A DNA stretch of 63,516 bases, counting the filler, from Squatina squatina (Eukaryota): the NCBI GenBank assembly GCA_031763465.1. It is 4 parts of 4 records of this genome, joined end to end, with 100 filler letters (N's around TTAATTAATTAA, not from the genome) between each part and the next. Parts side by side here need not be neighbours in the genome. Positions count along the whole stretch, not along the records: positions 1 to 16,793 come from JARFOE010000192.1; 3 more parts are not named here. One strand, written 5' to 3'. This document shows, in pieces, positions 1 to 13,300 of the stretch (position 1 is the stretch's first letter; each line of letters begins with the position of its first letter). The position numbers were made by a program, and so were the translations under genes. The notes under the pieces are model-generated. The model was given only the letters and a program-made list of their open reading frames with translations, made no database searches and had not been told where the DNA came from.

Positions 1-2126
1 GCTGAGATTGTGTTAGTGGGTTTGTGAATTTATTTGAAAAACAGGCATTCCTTTTGTTTTTATTGAACATAAGAAAATATGTGCCTGTGTGTTCAGTACC
101 TGGGGCTATGTCATGTTTTTTGAAATTACACTTGCAATCCTAGTACTAGTTCTATAGCCTATAAAATATCTTTGAACCATTTCCTGCCAGCCACATTGCA
201 ACAAAATTCTGTTACAGTAAATTATTCCATTTGTCATGCACCTGCTCTATATTCAAAATCTGTTAACTCGAACACACAGTAAAGCAACCCCATCGTTCAC
301 TCTGGCAGTTAAACACGTTGTCAGTTCTTGAATCGAAGCTGAAAGTTCTGTAATATATAATCAATTTTCACACCCAAATAAAATCAGCAGTTCTACCTTC
401 CGCACAGTAACGATCTAATTTGCCGGGAAGTCCCCAAATTACTGATTTACCTTCTTGCTATGCACCACGTCATCACGGCGGCAGGTCAACAGAATACAAA
501 GAGGAGCGTATTAGTTACGGGAAAACCGATGCAGTTGGATCTGAACGTTCTTCCAAGCTCCAATTTTGTCCAGGTTCAAGGTCAAGGCATAAGCTCCTGT
601 TTTAGCCTCCATACTGGTGCAGCGACAGTGAGGNNNNNNNNNNNNNNNNNNNNNNNNNNNNNNNNNNNNNNNNNNNNNNNNNNNNNNNNNNNNNNNNNNN
701 NNNNNNNNNNNNNNNNNNNNNNNNNNNNNNNNNGCTGCCTCTCTCACTGTTGGGGACAGGATCCAAGAAAATACTTGCCATTTGTTAGGCAAACCATTCT
801 TACTTCTAGTCTCCAACCTCCCTTTCCATCACAACTTCTCTTATTTTTATTTTATTCATACTATTTTATTCACTGCTCCTGTGAACTTTTTTGTTCCTTT
901 TAACGTTGCAAATTGTCACCATCCTGCATGTTTTTCCTGTTCCTTACACATCTTCCACGTTGAAATCAAGACCCATCAGAATGTCTCCCATCCTGACTAG
1001 TTCTTGGACTCTCAAAATTACGGGGCACGTTTCCTCTTTCTGTCTATCCACCCTCCTAAAGCTTCAGACTTTTTAAACTCATAATCTGTGCTTCCGGATT
1101 GACCTCATCCACCCCTAATTCTTTGTAACCTCGGGGATGTTTACACTAGAAAAAAAAAATCCAATACCTTCAGGAAGTGAGGAGAGGAAAAACAGGGAGA
1201 AAAAGACAAGGATTTCGAAGCAGCATCTTCCTTTCTTTGTCTGCAATATTCATGCAAAGGAGTGAGTTTTAGAGTTTGAAGCCAATGCATTATCAAACAG
1301 ATTGGCTGCCTAACGATGCTTCTAGTCTGTCCATAAAGGCATTGACCTTTAGTTAATGAAAGGCTGGTAACAGTGCGAAACCTCATTTTGTGTGTCGTGT
1401 TTTCTTTCCTCATTTGGAATAGCATTTTCTGTACAAAAAAGCCGAGTGCAAGAAATACAATGAATTAATCTGCCCATGCATGGAGGATAATAGTTGGCTG
1501 GAGCAGTGAGTTACAGCGAATGATTTCAGTCAGGCAGCTCTAGTGATGTCATAGCATCGATGGCGATGGCCGGACACTTTAAGAACATCAGTGGAGCCCT
1601 GAGATTGAATTACTGCTTTAAACTCCTAGCTCGGATTGTCCTTTATCTGGTGGTTATTGCTGTTCATTGACTGGTGATTGCTCTATGTTACTGTTTGCAC
1701 TAATGTATCACTTCAAGTTATTGCCATCACTCCACAACATTCATTTAAAACTAAGCGCCACTTTAATTGAATAGTTTGACGACACAAAGACACTAATTAA
1801 CTTGGTACAGCAGGAAACAGGCCTGGAGCAGAACTGGCATTGTTCTCTTCAAAGATATCCATCATCGTTCCACTTAATAAAATTACACGTAATTAATATT
1901 CTCTGTTTCTGCAAAGCTCAAACTATTTAATGTCAATTTTCTTCTCTGTTATCCAGAATATTAATTTGTTTCCCTTGAAGACAATGATAATGATGTAGAT
2001 AAAAAAGTAATGACTGTAAATTTCATNNNNNNNNNNNNNNNNNNNNNNNNNNNNNNNNNNNNNNNNNNNNNNNNNNNNNNNNNNNNNNNNNNNNNNNNNN
2101 NNNNNNNNNNNNNNNNNNNNNNNNNN

Positions 2127-2690
2127 CAGTGTATAGGTGGAACCTGATGTCATGACTTCGGATGATGTTGCCGAGGGGCAGCATGTAGATGAGGAAGAGT
2201 AGGGGGTCAAGGATAGATTTTTGGTGGACTCCAGAGGTAACTTCTGAGAGTGGGCAAATAGAAGCCATTTCCAGAGATGCTCTAGCTACAATTGGATAGG
2301 TAAAATGGGGCACCAAGCAAGAACAGTCCCACTGAGCTGACCAATGGAGGAGATGCATTGGAGAAGGATGGTGGTGTCGTCCATATCAAGTGCTGTAGGG
2401 AGGTCGGGAAGGAGGAGGAAGGATATTGCACCGCTGTCACAAAAAGTGAGTTGATTAGGGCTGCTTCAGTATTATGGTAGGGGTGGAAACCTGACTGGAG
2501 AGATTCAAACCTTGAATTGTGGGAACGATGGGCGCAGCGTTGTGATGTGGCAACTCGTATAAGGACTTTGGAGAGGAAAGGGAGGTTGCAGGCGTGGTGG
2601 TAGTTTTCAAGGACAGAGGAGTCAAAGGTGTTTTTTTTAAGGAGGGATGACGACAGCGATTTTGAAAGTACCTGAATAGTACCTGAGTAG
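2127..2690 (-). mobile_element. L2-clade LINE fragment (reverse transcriptase region), degenerate
   Basis: Minus strand encodes VTSGVHQKSILDPLLFLIYMLPLGNIIRSHDIRFHLYT, matching L2 RT GVPQGS.LGPLLF.IY...FH.YADD; an upstream piece resembles PLLKKP.LDP...NYRPISNLPFLSK with frameshifts. Confidence 0.85.
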
Positions 2691-2840
2691 AGGAAACCAC
2701 CCCGATATGTTTATTTTCCACTCCTTCCCAGTTTGAAGCCCATTTTTTCTGTTAGTGCTATTAAATCTACATAATTGCTTCCAATTTCTTCAGTTTAGTT
2801 CTCATACTCTGAGCATTGCAATGCATGCACTTTATCTTTT

Positions 2841-3025
2841 CGGCCCCAGCTGGAGTATTGTGTCCAATTCTGGCCACCACACTTTAGGAAGGACGTGAAG
2901 TCTTTGGAGAGGGTACAGAAGAGATTTATAAGAATGTTTCCAGGGATGAGAGATTACAGTTATGTGGATAGACTGGAGATGCTGGGATTATTCTCCTTGG
3001 AGCGAGAAGGCTAACAGGAAATTTG
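2841..3025 (+). mobile_element. CR1 LINE fragment (ORF2 C-terminal region)
   Basis: Translates [54 protein letters not shown], a hallmark CR1 ORF2 segment. Confidence 0.9.
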
Positions 3026-3845
3026 NNNNNNNNNNNNNNNNNNNNNNNNNNNNNNNNNNNNNNNNNNNNNNNNNNNNNNNNNNNNNNNNNNNNNNNNNNN
3101 NNNNNNNNNNNNNNNNNNNNNNNNNAGACCATTGAGATTTAGAAGGGAGAAATGCTTTTTCTTTGAGATATGTCCCTGTGGGTGCACATACATTGGAGCT
3201 GTGTAAAGATGAAATTCTTCTGTAAAGAGAGCAATTTATTTTGCAAAATTATACTCCTAAGAAGCAGATACGACATCCTTTCGCAGAGGCGAGTCTTGGA
3301 GAAGCTTGTGGCCCACAGCATCATTTTCAGCTAATGATAGTGTACTTTAAAATAGCTGAGAAATGATTACTGAGTGAGAGGCAGAATCAGCAGGAGTTGG
3401 CTTTGTGAGCTGGCAGGGAGACATTTCAGAAATTGCTTCTTTTGATAATCTTGTTTATAAATCACTTTGGGTAATAGGGGAATGAATGTAAATGCAAAGT
3501 CTTCTTTAGATGTTCAAGGGGACTCGGCTGCACATTAATAAGTTAGGAGCTTTAAGCTTGTCTCTTGCTGAAATCATCATTTGACTCAAATATTTATTTT
3601 GCTGCAGCTCATGCTTGAACACTCCAGAGGACCGCTTATTACAGCGAGTGCCTGATGGTGAGATTGCTGTAGCCTGCTTGTGAATTAATCTAGTTCGAGA
3701 TAAGTAAGATTTTAATAATTTCATATTGCTTTTACACATCCTGCACATGAAATGATGTTACAACAGTGAATGTTTGATAGAAACTGTAGTCCTATAGGCC
3801 ACATGTCAGTCCCCAGAAGTGGAACACAACTGCTTCTCACAGCCC

Positions 3846-4084
3846 ACATAGAATTACATAGAATTTACAGCACATAAACAGGCCATTCGGCCCCGGGGTT
3901 CATGCTCCACACAAGCCTCCTCCCACCTTACTTCATCTCGCCCCGTCAGCATAACTTTCTATTTCTTTCTCCCTCATGTGTTTATCTAGCTTCCCCTTAA
4001 ATGCATCTATGCTATTCGCCTCCGTGTGGTTGCGAGTTCCACATTCTCACCGCGCTCTGGATAAAGAAGTTTCTCCTGAGTTCC
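3846..4084 (-). mobile_element. CR1 LINE 3' end
   Basis: (CATAGAAT)-type tail, GGCCATTCGGCCC stem and GAGTTCCACATTCTCACC (reverse complement of the CR1 RMWNSL segment); same family as 43072-43465. Confidence 0.85.
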
Positions 4085-6384
4085 NNNNNNNNNNNNNNNN
4101 NNNNNNNNNNNNNNNNNNNNNNNNNNNNNNNNNNNNNNNNNNNNNNNNNNNNNNNNNNNNNNNNNNNNNNNNNNNNNNNNNNNNAAAAGTACTGTGGTTA
4201 GTCTTAGATGTTGAGTTAGTCTGGGACAAGAATGCATGGCAATGTATCTTGTGAATGTAGTAAGAGTATGCAGAAGCCTTCAATTCATTGCATTCAACAA
4301 ATAAATAACCTCTGTTTGGCTACACGAACGGGAGGTCACAAATTTATACTTGCTCGGCATTTTATTTCACATTCTCTTGAATGCAAATGGTTAAAGTCCA
4401 TTGCACAAATCTGGCAGAATTAACAAAAAATCAATAATCTCTGGCACAGAAGCCATAATAATAAATGGCATCGATATTGGTGCAATAGAATCTGAGATTG
4501 GAATTGAGATATAAATTATCCAGCATTCCCTGTGGTACAACACATCAAATTTTATTTTTGGTGTAAGACTATTTTCCTATTTTGCTCAATTAGCACTTCT
4601 GTAAAACTGAATTTTGTGTGCATCTTTCCTTCGCTCCTCCCAAGTTTATATTTTCTTCTGTTGCAAATGGCCATTATTCTTATTGTAATCAGAGTAAGAA
4701 TCAGTGAACTGTGTTGCAGATCCAATTTTCCACTCCAAAGAGCAAAGCAAATTCCTGAAAGAATGAATCAAATCCAAGCTGGTCATAACACAAAACAGGA
4801 TCCCGAAGCGAAAGGCTGTTTGGAATGCTGATAAATGGCTGAGGGCTATATGCTTGTGTTGTGAACCTGCTGAATAGTCAGCAAAAAGACAGAAAATGAA
4901 GTATTCCTTGGTGCATGCATACTCCTTTTTGGGCGATAGCTGACAGATAAAACTATATGCTCTTCATATTGTGTAACCAGATTGTAGAGGTTTATTGCAG
5001 GTAGACTGATAAAGTATGTCAATAATGACAATTGTCTTTGCCAGTAGCACTGAATGATCAAAGTGCTGAACTTCTGTGTCAATAGCTGTTCAGTTCTTAA
5101 TGGCAAACCTAAGTCAGTAGCCTGTTAGCCATGTGTCCTTATATTAATCAATTGACAACTACACTGAACAATTAAGGAGGTCGTATTTGTTTTACTATGA
5201 TCTTTCNNNNNNNNNNNNNNNNNNNNNNNNNNNNNNNNNNNNNNNNNNNNNNNNNNNNNNNNNNNNNNNNNNNNNNNNNNNNNNNNNNNNNNNNNNNNNN
5301 NNNNNNTTCTGAATTCCACAAGGACAAAAGGATCACTATACAATGCAGAGTGACATCATCATTCGATGACATGGTCTATAAAATATTGACCCGAAGCGAG
5401 GCTGTTACAATGGAGCTTATACAAAACAAGCTCGCTGGCAAACTATTCACCAGTAATGTGACATTCCAACCACTCAGAGATCAACGTCTCCATATATGGT
5501 TAAGCCAGCCTTTTCTGTTTACACTGCGAAGATGATCAGAGCTGATAAACCGTGAAAGACTCATTCCCTGTAGGCTAATTCCAGAGAATGTGTCCCACCT
5601 CTGTTCGGGAGCACTCTTGCAACACATTCCACTATGCAGTAAATATTGACTCAGGAATGTACAATAGTCTTGGTTGCATAGCAAAGAAGAGGTTTTTTTT
5701 TCAAATAGAGAGGCCATTTACTATTTGCAGATATAATTGTGCCGGTAGAGTAAGTGACCACTTCATATTAATTCCGAGTAAATGGTTAACCGTGATGAGC
5801 TCTGCACTGTGCTCTCAGTAGAATTTATTCAGTGCACACTGCATGTAAGAGTGGAAATTTAACAGCAGGTCATTTAGTTTGCTATATTGACCTGGTGGGA
5901 CCCTGGCATTGTTTATACTGCGAGCTGGAATTTGTCCAAATAAAGTTACTCAGTTCAAAACAACTCAATTCATAGCAAATCTGTGAAGATGCAGCCAATC
6001 ACATTCCGCATTCGTACAAAGGAAGTGGCCGGCTAACTGTGCATTTATGATTTTACGCTGGTGTTTATATTGAACCAGCAATTAAGGTGGTTCTGAATCA
6101 CACAAGTTCACCAAAGGAAATTAGTGATATTTTCCATTCTGCTTTTCCTCTGCCCTTTCATGTTCAGTTTACACTATCCAGTTCGGTCCGGAACTGTTGC
6201 CATAGAAACACGATACATACTTAATTTAATGTTTTTTTTTGCTGTTTTCTTCCCGTTTGTAAATCATGAACTCATTTTTTTAATATAATACATGCTGATA
6301 CTTGAATTGTGTTTGGTGTACGTGCAGCTCCAGACGATGCTTCCTCATAAACAAAATCTGTGAGATAATACATGTTCAAAGTAA

Positions 6385-6747
6385 TAATAGGCCAAGGAAA
6401 TACACCTTAAATGGTAAGATTTTACATGGACTGAGGAAGCAGTAGGACCTTGGTGTGGAGGTAAACAGGCCATTGAAGAGTGGCACCTCAGTAGATAAGG
6501 CCATAAAAAAGCCGAATGGAAACATTGGCTTCGTATCGAGAACACTGAACATAAAGGCAGAGTGGTAATGTTGAACTTGCACAAGATCCTAGTTAGGCGA
6601 CGGTTAGAGAATTATGCGTGGTTTTCATAACCCCAAGGTATAAAGACAATGGAAAAGCTACAGTGTAGATTCACTGGAATGTTACCAGAGGTGAGGGGTT
6701 ACAGTTATCGAGAGAGGCTTGAGAAGTTAGGGCTTTTTCACTAAAAG
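6385..6747 (+). mobile_element. Old CR1 LINE fragment
   Basis: Degenerate DLGV.V...LK....VDKAIKKANG / VMLNLHKILVRRRLE / RFTGMLPEVRGYSYRERLEKLGLF, with frameshifts. Confidence 0.8.
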
Positions 6748-7146
6748 NNNNNNNNNNNNNNNNNNNNNNNNNNNNNNNNNNNNNNNNNNNNNNNNNNNNN
6801 NNNNNNNNNNNNNNNNNNNNNNNNNNNNNNNNNNNNNNNNNNNNNNNAGATCGGACAAAGGGATCAATTCTGGCTCCCCTCCCCCAGGATACTGCTGCTT
6901 GTGTCTGTTCCTCACTAGCTTATGCTGCAAAGGCATAAGAGGCAAAAGCAGTAGTAAGCAATATACTTGTAATAGAGAAGGGCAATGCATGTCATGGCCT
7001 TTATACTATGTCACTTGTTAATACGCATCAATGAGTGATGCATGCATCGCCAAACTTAAAGTGAAGCTATGATGAGATGGCTCCCCCAATCAGAACACTT
7101 ATCACACACATGCACATTTTTACAGTCAACAGCAAACCACACATAC

Positions 7147-7389
7147 TTTCATTGCACGACTTAGGTCATTGAATTTCTTGCAGCACTGATGTGACATCCT
7201 TGCTAATGCATCCAAAGCCGATACCTCAGCAGCTATTTCCCTCCACAAACTCCTCACCAGCTGAGGACTTCCCCCATGGCCTGCCCTGGCAAACAGTTGA
7301 CTGGCCCTTGCCTCCACCGCTGCCACGTGTGCCTCCAGAGCCTGGTCTGTAAACCTTGGGGCTCGCGCCCCTCTTCCAACAGCAACCAT
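7147..7389 (-). mobile_element. Harbinger transposon Myb/SANT-like DNA-binding protein exon (NAIF1/MYPOP-like domain)
   Basis: ATG at 7389 opens 81 codons: MVAVGRGARAPRFTDQALEAHVAAVEARASQLF...LWREIAAEVSALDALARMSHQCCKKFNDLSRAMK (pattern R.PRF....LE.LV..V...W..IA..V......R...QC.KKFNDL), followed by a phase-0 GTATGT donor. Confidence 0.8.
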
Positions 7390-10254
7390 GAGAATGTTTA
7401 GCAAGGTTTCTGCACACAGTATAAGCACTTGACCAGAGCAACACCCTCACGATCTTCAACTCACACTGACCTGAGCAACAGCTGCGTTGAGTTTCTACAG
7501 TGCCTTTAAGGGCTGGAGTGGGCTGGTAAATGATTGAATCCCATCAGTTACTTCAGTGAATTGGTCCCGTTGGAAGTGTGTCACCCCCTTAGCGCCACAG
7601 CTGAGTCCACTTGCGCTCAAATCATGTCCCATTACCACACCGACACAAAAAAACATTTACGGGAACCAATAATGCACTTTAACAGAGCGGTGCAAAAACA
7701 GCGCACAAAACACAACATTTCGTCAACTTGCGCTACCAGCATAGTGCTGTCCATTTGGGCCCCCAAAATGTTTTCCATTTGTCTTTTGGTTCATGATTTA
7801 TTCCCTAAATCAGAGGCCTGACTGCTCTGCATTTGAGTCATTCAAAAAGAAGACCCCAATGTATCGCCTGCATCCTCTAATCATTCCTGTCTCTCTTAGT
7901 CCCATTTCATTACTGGTTTATGTAGCCCGAGATCACAGTTTGAGGAATCATTTTGGAGCCTCAGTACTCTGTGCCATGTGCTTTCCCCCATGAGTATTAC
8001 TTTCTGTTTTGTAAAGGTTCATGTTGCTGTCACTTTACGCATTTGTTGCTTTCTTCTGTGTCAGTTCCATGCAGCCTGTGGTAGCCACAGTACACTTTTG
8101 GGAACGGGCTTCACTAGATGTTGGCATGGCACCAACACTGCAAAATGTAATATGAACATAAAATGCAGATTCATTCATCTGATATTGTGTGCTCAGATGG
8201 AGACAAAGGTTCCTTATGTCTATAGTGGTTTAACAGAGCTGTGATTTTACCTTCAGTGACCTAATGGTCAGTTGACTGGGAAGGCTACTGAAGTCCTTAC
8301 CATCGTACCGAGTAGGGTACATGTCTCAAAGAGAAGGCCTTCTTCTCAGAGGTGAGCAATACAGCTCTGTACAATAGCAACATGCCTTTGTTTAGTGGAT
8401 CTTACATGCCCTTCAGACCTCACGGGGCACTGTCTAAGCTTTAACCTGCCAGGAACCATGTAGTGTAGGAAGGCAAAAATAAAATATTTTGGAACTATGT
8501 CCAGCATCATTCACACTATTATTTTCACTTATGTCTGGTGAGCCCAGCCTGACCTATTGCTGTCTCTTATCTATAAAACTCACTGAAAATTCATCAAAAC
8601 CTGTCTCCTATTATATGGCGCTGCACAGATGTAAACCTCCTGATAGCAACTTTGTAATAAAAATCTATGGATCAAATTTAACCTTTTGCAACTGTCTGTT
8701 CTTTTCAGTCCTTGGCTAGTTCCTTTACGTTTATCCAGTTCAGTCTAGATTTCACAGCTCTGCTGGCAGCCGTTGACATTTTTTCACAGTTACTTCAGAC
8801 AGATGTCTTGAATCTGTCAGATTACATTGTGACTTTAAAGTACGGGAGGAAATCGAATAAGATTAACATAGCAGCTACCGAGGAAAAAATAGCAGAGGAT
8901 GGCAAGAGGTGTCAAACAAGCAGAGAATAAAGTTATCTAAGAGATACAACATTTGCAATACAACTTCCTTATGAACTCAATATTAGCCACAATTACCATT
9001 GCTATTTTAATTGGGACAAACAAAATATAACTTGCATTTTCACATTTTTCTGTGCAAGTGGACATATTCCCAGGAATAACTTGCAATATTAACGCATTCC
9101 CATGGATACCGTAAAAACTATTGACACATCCTTGGGGAACCACTGCCAATATTGGCACAATCGCAAGGACCNNNNNNNNNNNNNNNNNNNNNNNNNNNNN
9201 NNNNNNNNNNNNNNNNNNNNNNNNNNNNNNNNNNNNNNNNNNNNNNNNNNNNNNNNNNNNNNNNNNNNNNNAGACGGGGAGCATTACTGTAAAGGCTGCT
9301 ATTCCGAGACTTTCTCTATAATGTAAGGAATTCAACAGAGCCGCCGTTTCCTAGACTGGAATGTGCTCTTCAATCCCAAGGAGGGGGTGGGGAAATTAAT
9401 AGGAGTAACACTGCCATCTGTGCAGAGCAGCGTCAATGAACTAAGATAAGGTTTATGACTTGCATCTGTGGTATGACAGCTCGGTGGTGGAAGCCAGAAA
9501 CATGCCAAGTTGCCACAACTGTCCAAAGTGATATGTTTATTGTGAAAACAAAAAAGAAATCTGGAGTGTGTGAAAAAAATGGTGCCTTTGAAACCACATG
9601 GTGAAAGCTGTCAAGATTCCAGCATCTAGTAGTTGCACCAGTCACATGTTCTGCTCTCAAGCAGTCGGGAAATGTCATGTTAAGATTGTAAAACTCCACT
9701 GAGTTCCCACAATTGATGCCGAGGTGCAACAGAACAAGTCACTGAAGGTCAGATGCCCATTAAAAGTGTCAGCATTGTGGCACTATTGTATATCACCTTA
9801 CTATTAAAAAAGATCAATGTTTGCTAATGAGTAAATGTTTAACCTTTTAATAATAACTTTGGTGTTTTCATGCAGTTAGCAACCGGCTAGAACATTTTAA
9901 GTTCAAAATCCAGCACAATGTTGCTAAATAACAATATCAAAAAGATTATTAGAAGTGATTTTGGACTATTCCCCACTTTGCTGCTCTTTTTAAATGTGAC
10001 GTTGTTTTGCAATAAGGTATTTTTATTTGAAAACGATAACCTTGTCACATGAAAATATGTTTTACAGCCACTTAAATCACAGAACGCTGCAATATCCTTC
10101 TAATGATATCCCTTGGCACAATATACAAAAAGCGTTAACACACATTTTAAGGGACCACAGAGTTCACGGAGTGCTGAGAATTGCTCACACTGTGAGTTTA
10201 AAAAAAATCTGCATGAGATCTCTGATTGTATTAGATTTTGCTATTGAGCAACAG

Positions 10255-10332
10255 GTGAGTCAAGGGTTATGGGGAACAGGCAGGAAAGTGGAGTTGAGGT
10301 AGATGGTCAGCCATGATCTCGTTGAATAGTGG
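10255..10332 (+). mobile_element. CR1 LINE 3' UTR fragment
   Basis: AAGGGTTATGGGGAACAGGCAGGAAAGTGGAGTTGAGG...CAGCCATGATCT, typical of a shark-type CR1 3' end; the contig ends in it. Confidence 0.75.
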
Positions 10333-13300
10333 NNNNNNNNNNNNNNNNNNNNNNNNNNNNNNNNNNNNNNNNNNNNNNNNNNNNNNNNNNNNNNNNNNNN
10401 NNNNNNNNNNNNNNNNNNNNNNNNNNNNNNNNNNNNNNNNNNNNNNNNNNNNNNNNNNNNNNNNNNNNNNNNNNNNNNNNNNNNNNNNNNNNNNNNNNNN
10501 NNNNNNNNNNNNNNNNNNNNNNNNNNNNNNNNNNNNNNNNNNNNNNNNNNNNNNNNNNNNNNNNNNNNNNNNNNNNNNNNNNNNNNNNNNNNNNNNNNNN
10601 NNNNNNNNNNNNNNNNNNNNNNNNNNNNNNNNNNNNNNNNNNNNNNNNNNNNNNNNNNNNNNNNNNNNNNNNNNNNNNNNNNNNNNNNNNNNNNNNNNNN
10701 NNNNNNNNNNNNNNNNNNNNNNNNNNNNNNNNNNNNNNNNNNNNNNNNNNNNNNNNNNNNNNNNNNNNNNNNNNNNNNNNNNNNNNNNNNNNNNNNNNNN
10801 NNNNNNNNNNNNNNNNNNNNNNNNNNNNNNNNNNNNNNNNNNNNNNNNNNNNNNNNNNNNNNNNNNNNNNNNNNNNNNNNNNNNNNNNNNNNNNNNNNNN
10901 NNNNNNNNNNNNNNNNNNNNNNNNNNNNNNNNNNNNNNNNNNNNNNNNNNNNNNNNNNNNNNNNNNNNNNNNNNNNNNNNNNNNNNNNNNNNNNNNNNNN
11001 NNNNNNNNNNNNNNNNNNNNNNNNNNNNNNNNNNNNNNNNNNNNNNNNNNNNNNNNNNNNNNNNNNNNNNNNNNNNNNNNNNNNNNNNNNNNNNNNNNNN
11101 NNNNNNNNNNNNNNNNNNNNNNNNNNNNNNNNNNNNNNNNNNNNNNNNNNNNNNNNNNNNNNNNNNNNNNNNNNNNNNNNNNNNNNNNNNNNNNNNNNNN
11201 NNNNNNNNNNNNNNNNNNNNNNNNNNNNNNNNNNNNNNNNNNNNNNNNNNNNNNNNNNNNNNNNNNNNNNNNNNNNNNNNNNNNNNNNNNNNNNNNNNNN
11301 NNNNNNNNNNNNNNNNNNNNNNNNNNNNNNATAAACAATTAACTAGGACACAGAGAGTAACAATTTGTGGTGTTTCTCTCTGCAGTTCCCTTCTCCATTA
11401 ATGCAAACTAACTACAGCTCTCTGTGGGTTGCACTGTGCTTGCCTCTGGGTAATATGTTTCTTTTATATAAAGCCTACAGAAGTCAGCAACGCAGGAAAA
11501 CCCTTATTAAAAGGCAAACTGTGTGGACCCTGTTTTGTCATAGAATAAGCTGATGAACCACTGCTGAAGATTTGCTAGATCGTGAGCTGCTTAATCAAAC
11601 AGTTAAGGAACGTACTAATCAAAGCTGACCATCAGAATGAAACTTGCATAGGAACATGAAACGTAAAATCATTAAGGTACTAATTGGACTGTGGTCATTG
11701 AACCCCAGGCTTTTGACTTGCAGTGTATTCAGCTGGGACTGAGTCTGTCACCTTAAAGCGATTGAAACAGAATTTTTCTGCAGGCCTATTTTATTGATCA
11801 ATATCATAAAGTGCTTTTGGTATAGCGGTTATTTAATGACTCCATTTCCCCAGTAGATAATACCCCATCGCGATTCCCTTGTGTTGCAATGGGATTGCAA
11901 AACCTGGCGGAAATGACTGATTCAAAAGCAAAATACTGNNNNNNNNNNNNNNNNNNNNNNNNNNNNNNNNNNNNNNNNNNNNNNNNNNNNNNNNNNNNNN
12001 NNNNNNNNNNNNNNNNNNNNNNNNNNNNNNNNNNNNNNAATCAGATTGTTGGTATTACTAGTTAAGTCGAAGGAAATGAAAGGGAATTAAATCTAAATAA
12101 TGGTATGCATCTAGTAAACTGAATACACAAGAGGAGCATTAAACTAAAACTGAAGATGAAATAAAAATTCTGTTCTGAAAACTGTAAGAGAAACAGAGCA
12201 CATCAGTCCATTAGAGATCCTCCCAAGTGACCCTCCCTCTATATAATACTGTCTGATAAGGAGTGTTGGCAGTGCTGTCTCTTTACATCATTCATCGAGC
12301 GGTGCACAGAGGGAGCACCACTCGCGATTAGCTTGTCTCAGCTTATAAATATTCATTTTGTTTAAATATTTGCAGATCCACATCTTCCTCCTTTTAAATT
12401 AAGATTTCTAAAGATACTTAAAAATGCACTGATGAAAATCGCTGTTATAATTCAAAAATATATACATTCAAATACACTAATACCCATTTATCCTTTCACT
12501 ATCTGAGATTCCAAAGATCTGTCCCCCATTCACCCATGCAATTTGGTTCATCCCATTGTCTTTGACAACTATTCATTCCAGATGCGATGGACCGAGGTCT
12601 ATGTCCATCTTGCAAAGTGTATGTTGTATTTTTCAGTCCTGTTGTCTCCTGTAGCACATTGCACCACTGCCGTATACTAAGTTGATTGCTACTCTTCCAA
12701 TCTTATGGAGCTATTGCTCTTTGCAGCAGTATTGTCCCAAATCTCTCCTCCTTCCTGAGTCAGGTNNNNNNNNNNNNNNNNNNNNNNNNNNNNNNNNNNN
12801 NNNNNNNNNNNNNNNNNNNNNNNNNNNNNNNNNNNNNNNNNNNNNNNNNNNNNNNNNNNNNNNNNAACGGTATGGTCACATGAGGATTTGGCATGGGTGA
12901 AATCTGGAACAGGTTGACAGGCACTGTTTAGTGCCATGTAATTTTGGGCAAATACCTGGTAGATGGTACTGCTGGGTAGTCTTACTTTACCAGATTGCTT
13001 AAAATGTGTAGGCTTCTCCTGCATCTGTTCCAGGTGCTACAGCTGCTGTACCCAGTAATAAATCAGCCTCCCACTTCCTACAAGGGCTAGTGCATTCCTA
13101 CAAGGGATGGTGTTCTCCGGTGAGGGTGCTCGGGAGTGCAGTCCTGATAGCCCAGGGTCCATCATTGCAACTAAAAACAAAAATATTACTTCCCTGAATG
13201 AATTTAATTTAAATCCCCTTATATTATCCATCTATTCAGAATAAAATTGGTCCTTAAATTAGTCAAGCCTCATTTTCTGCCTGTTCTGGTCAGTTAGGCA

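Noticed and set aside
10307-11401. Long 337-362 aa ORFs (also 18683-19138, 23103-23712, 52537-53268)
   Set aside because: They consist almost entirely of N-derived X residues; gap artefacts
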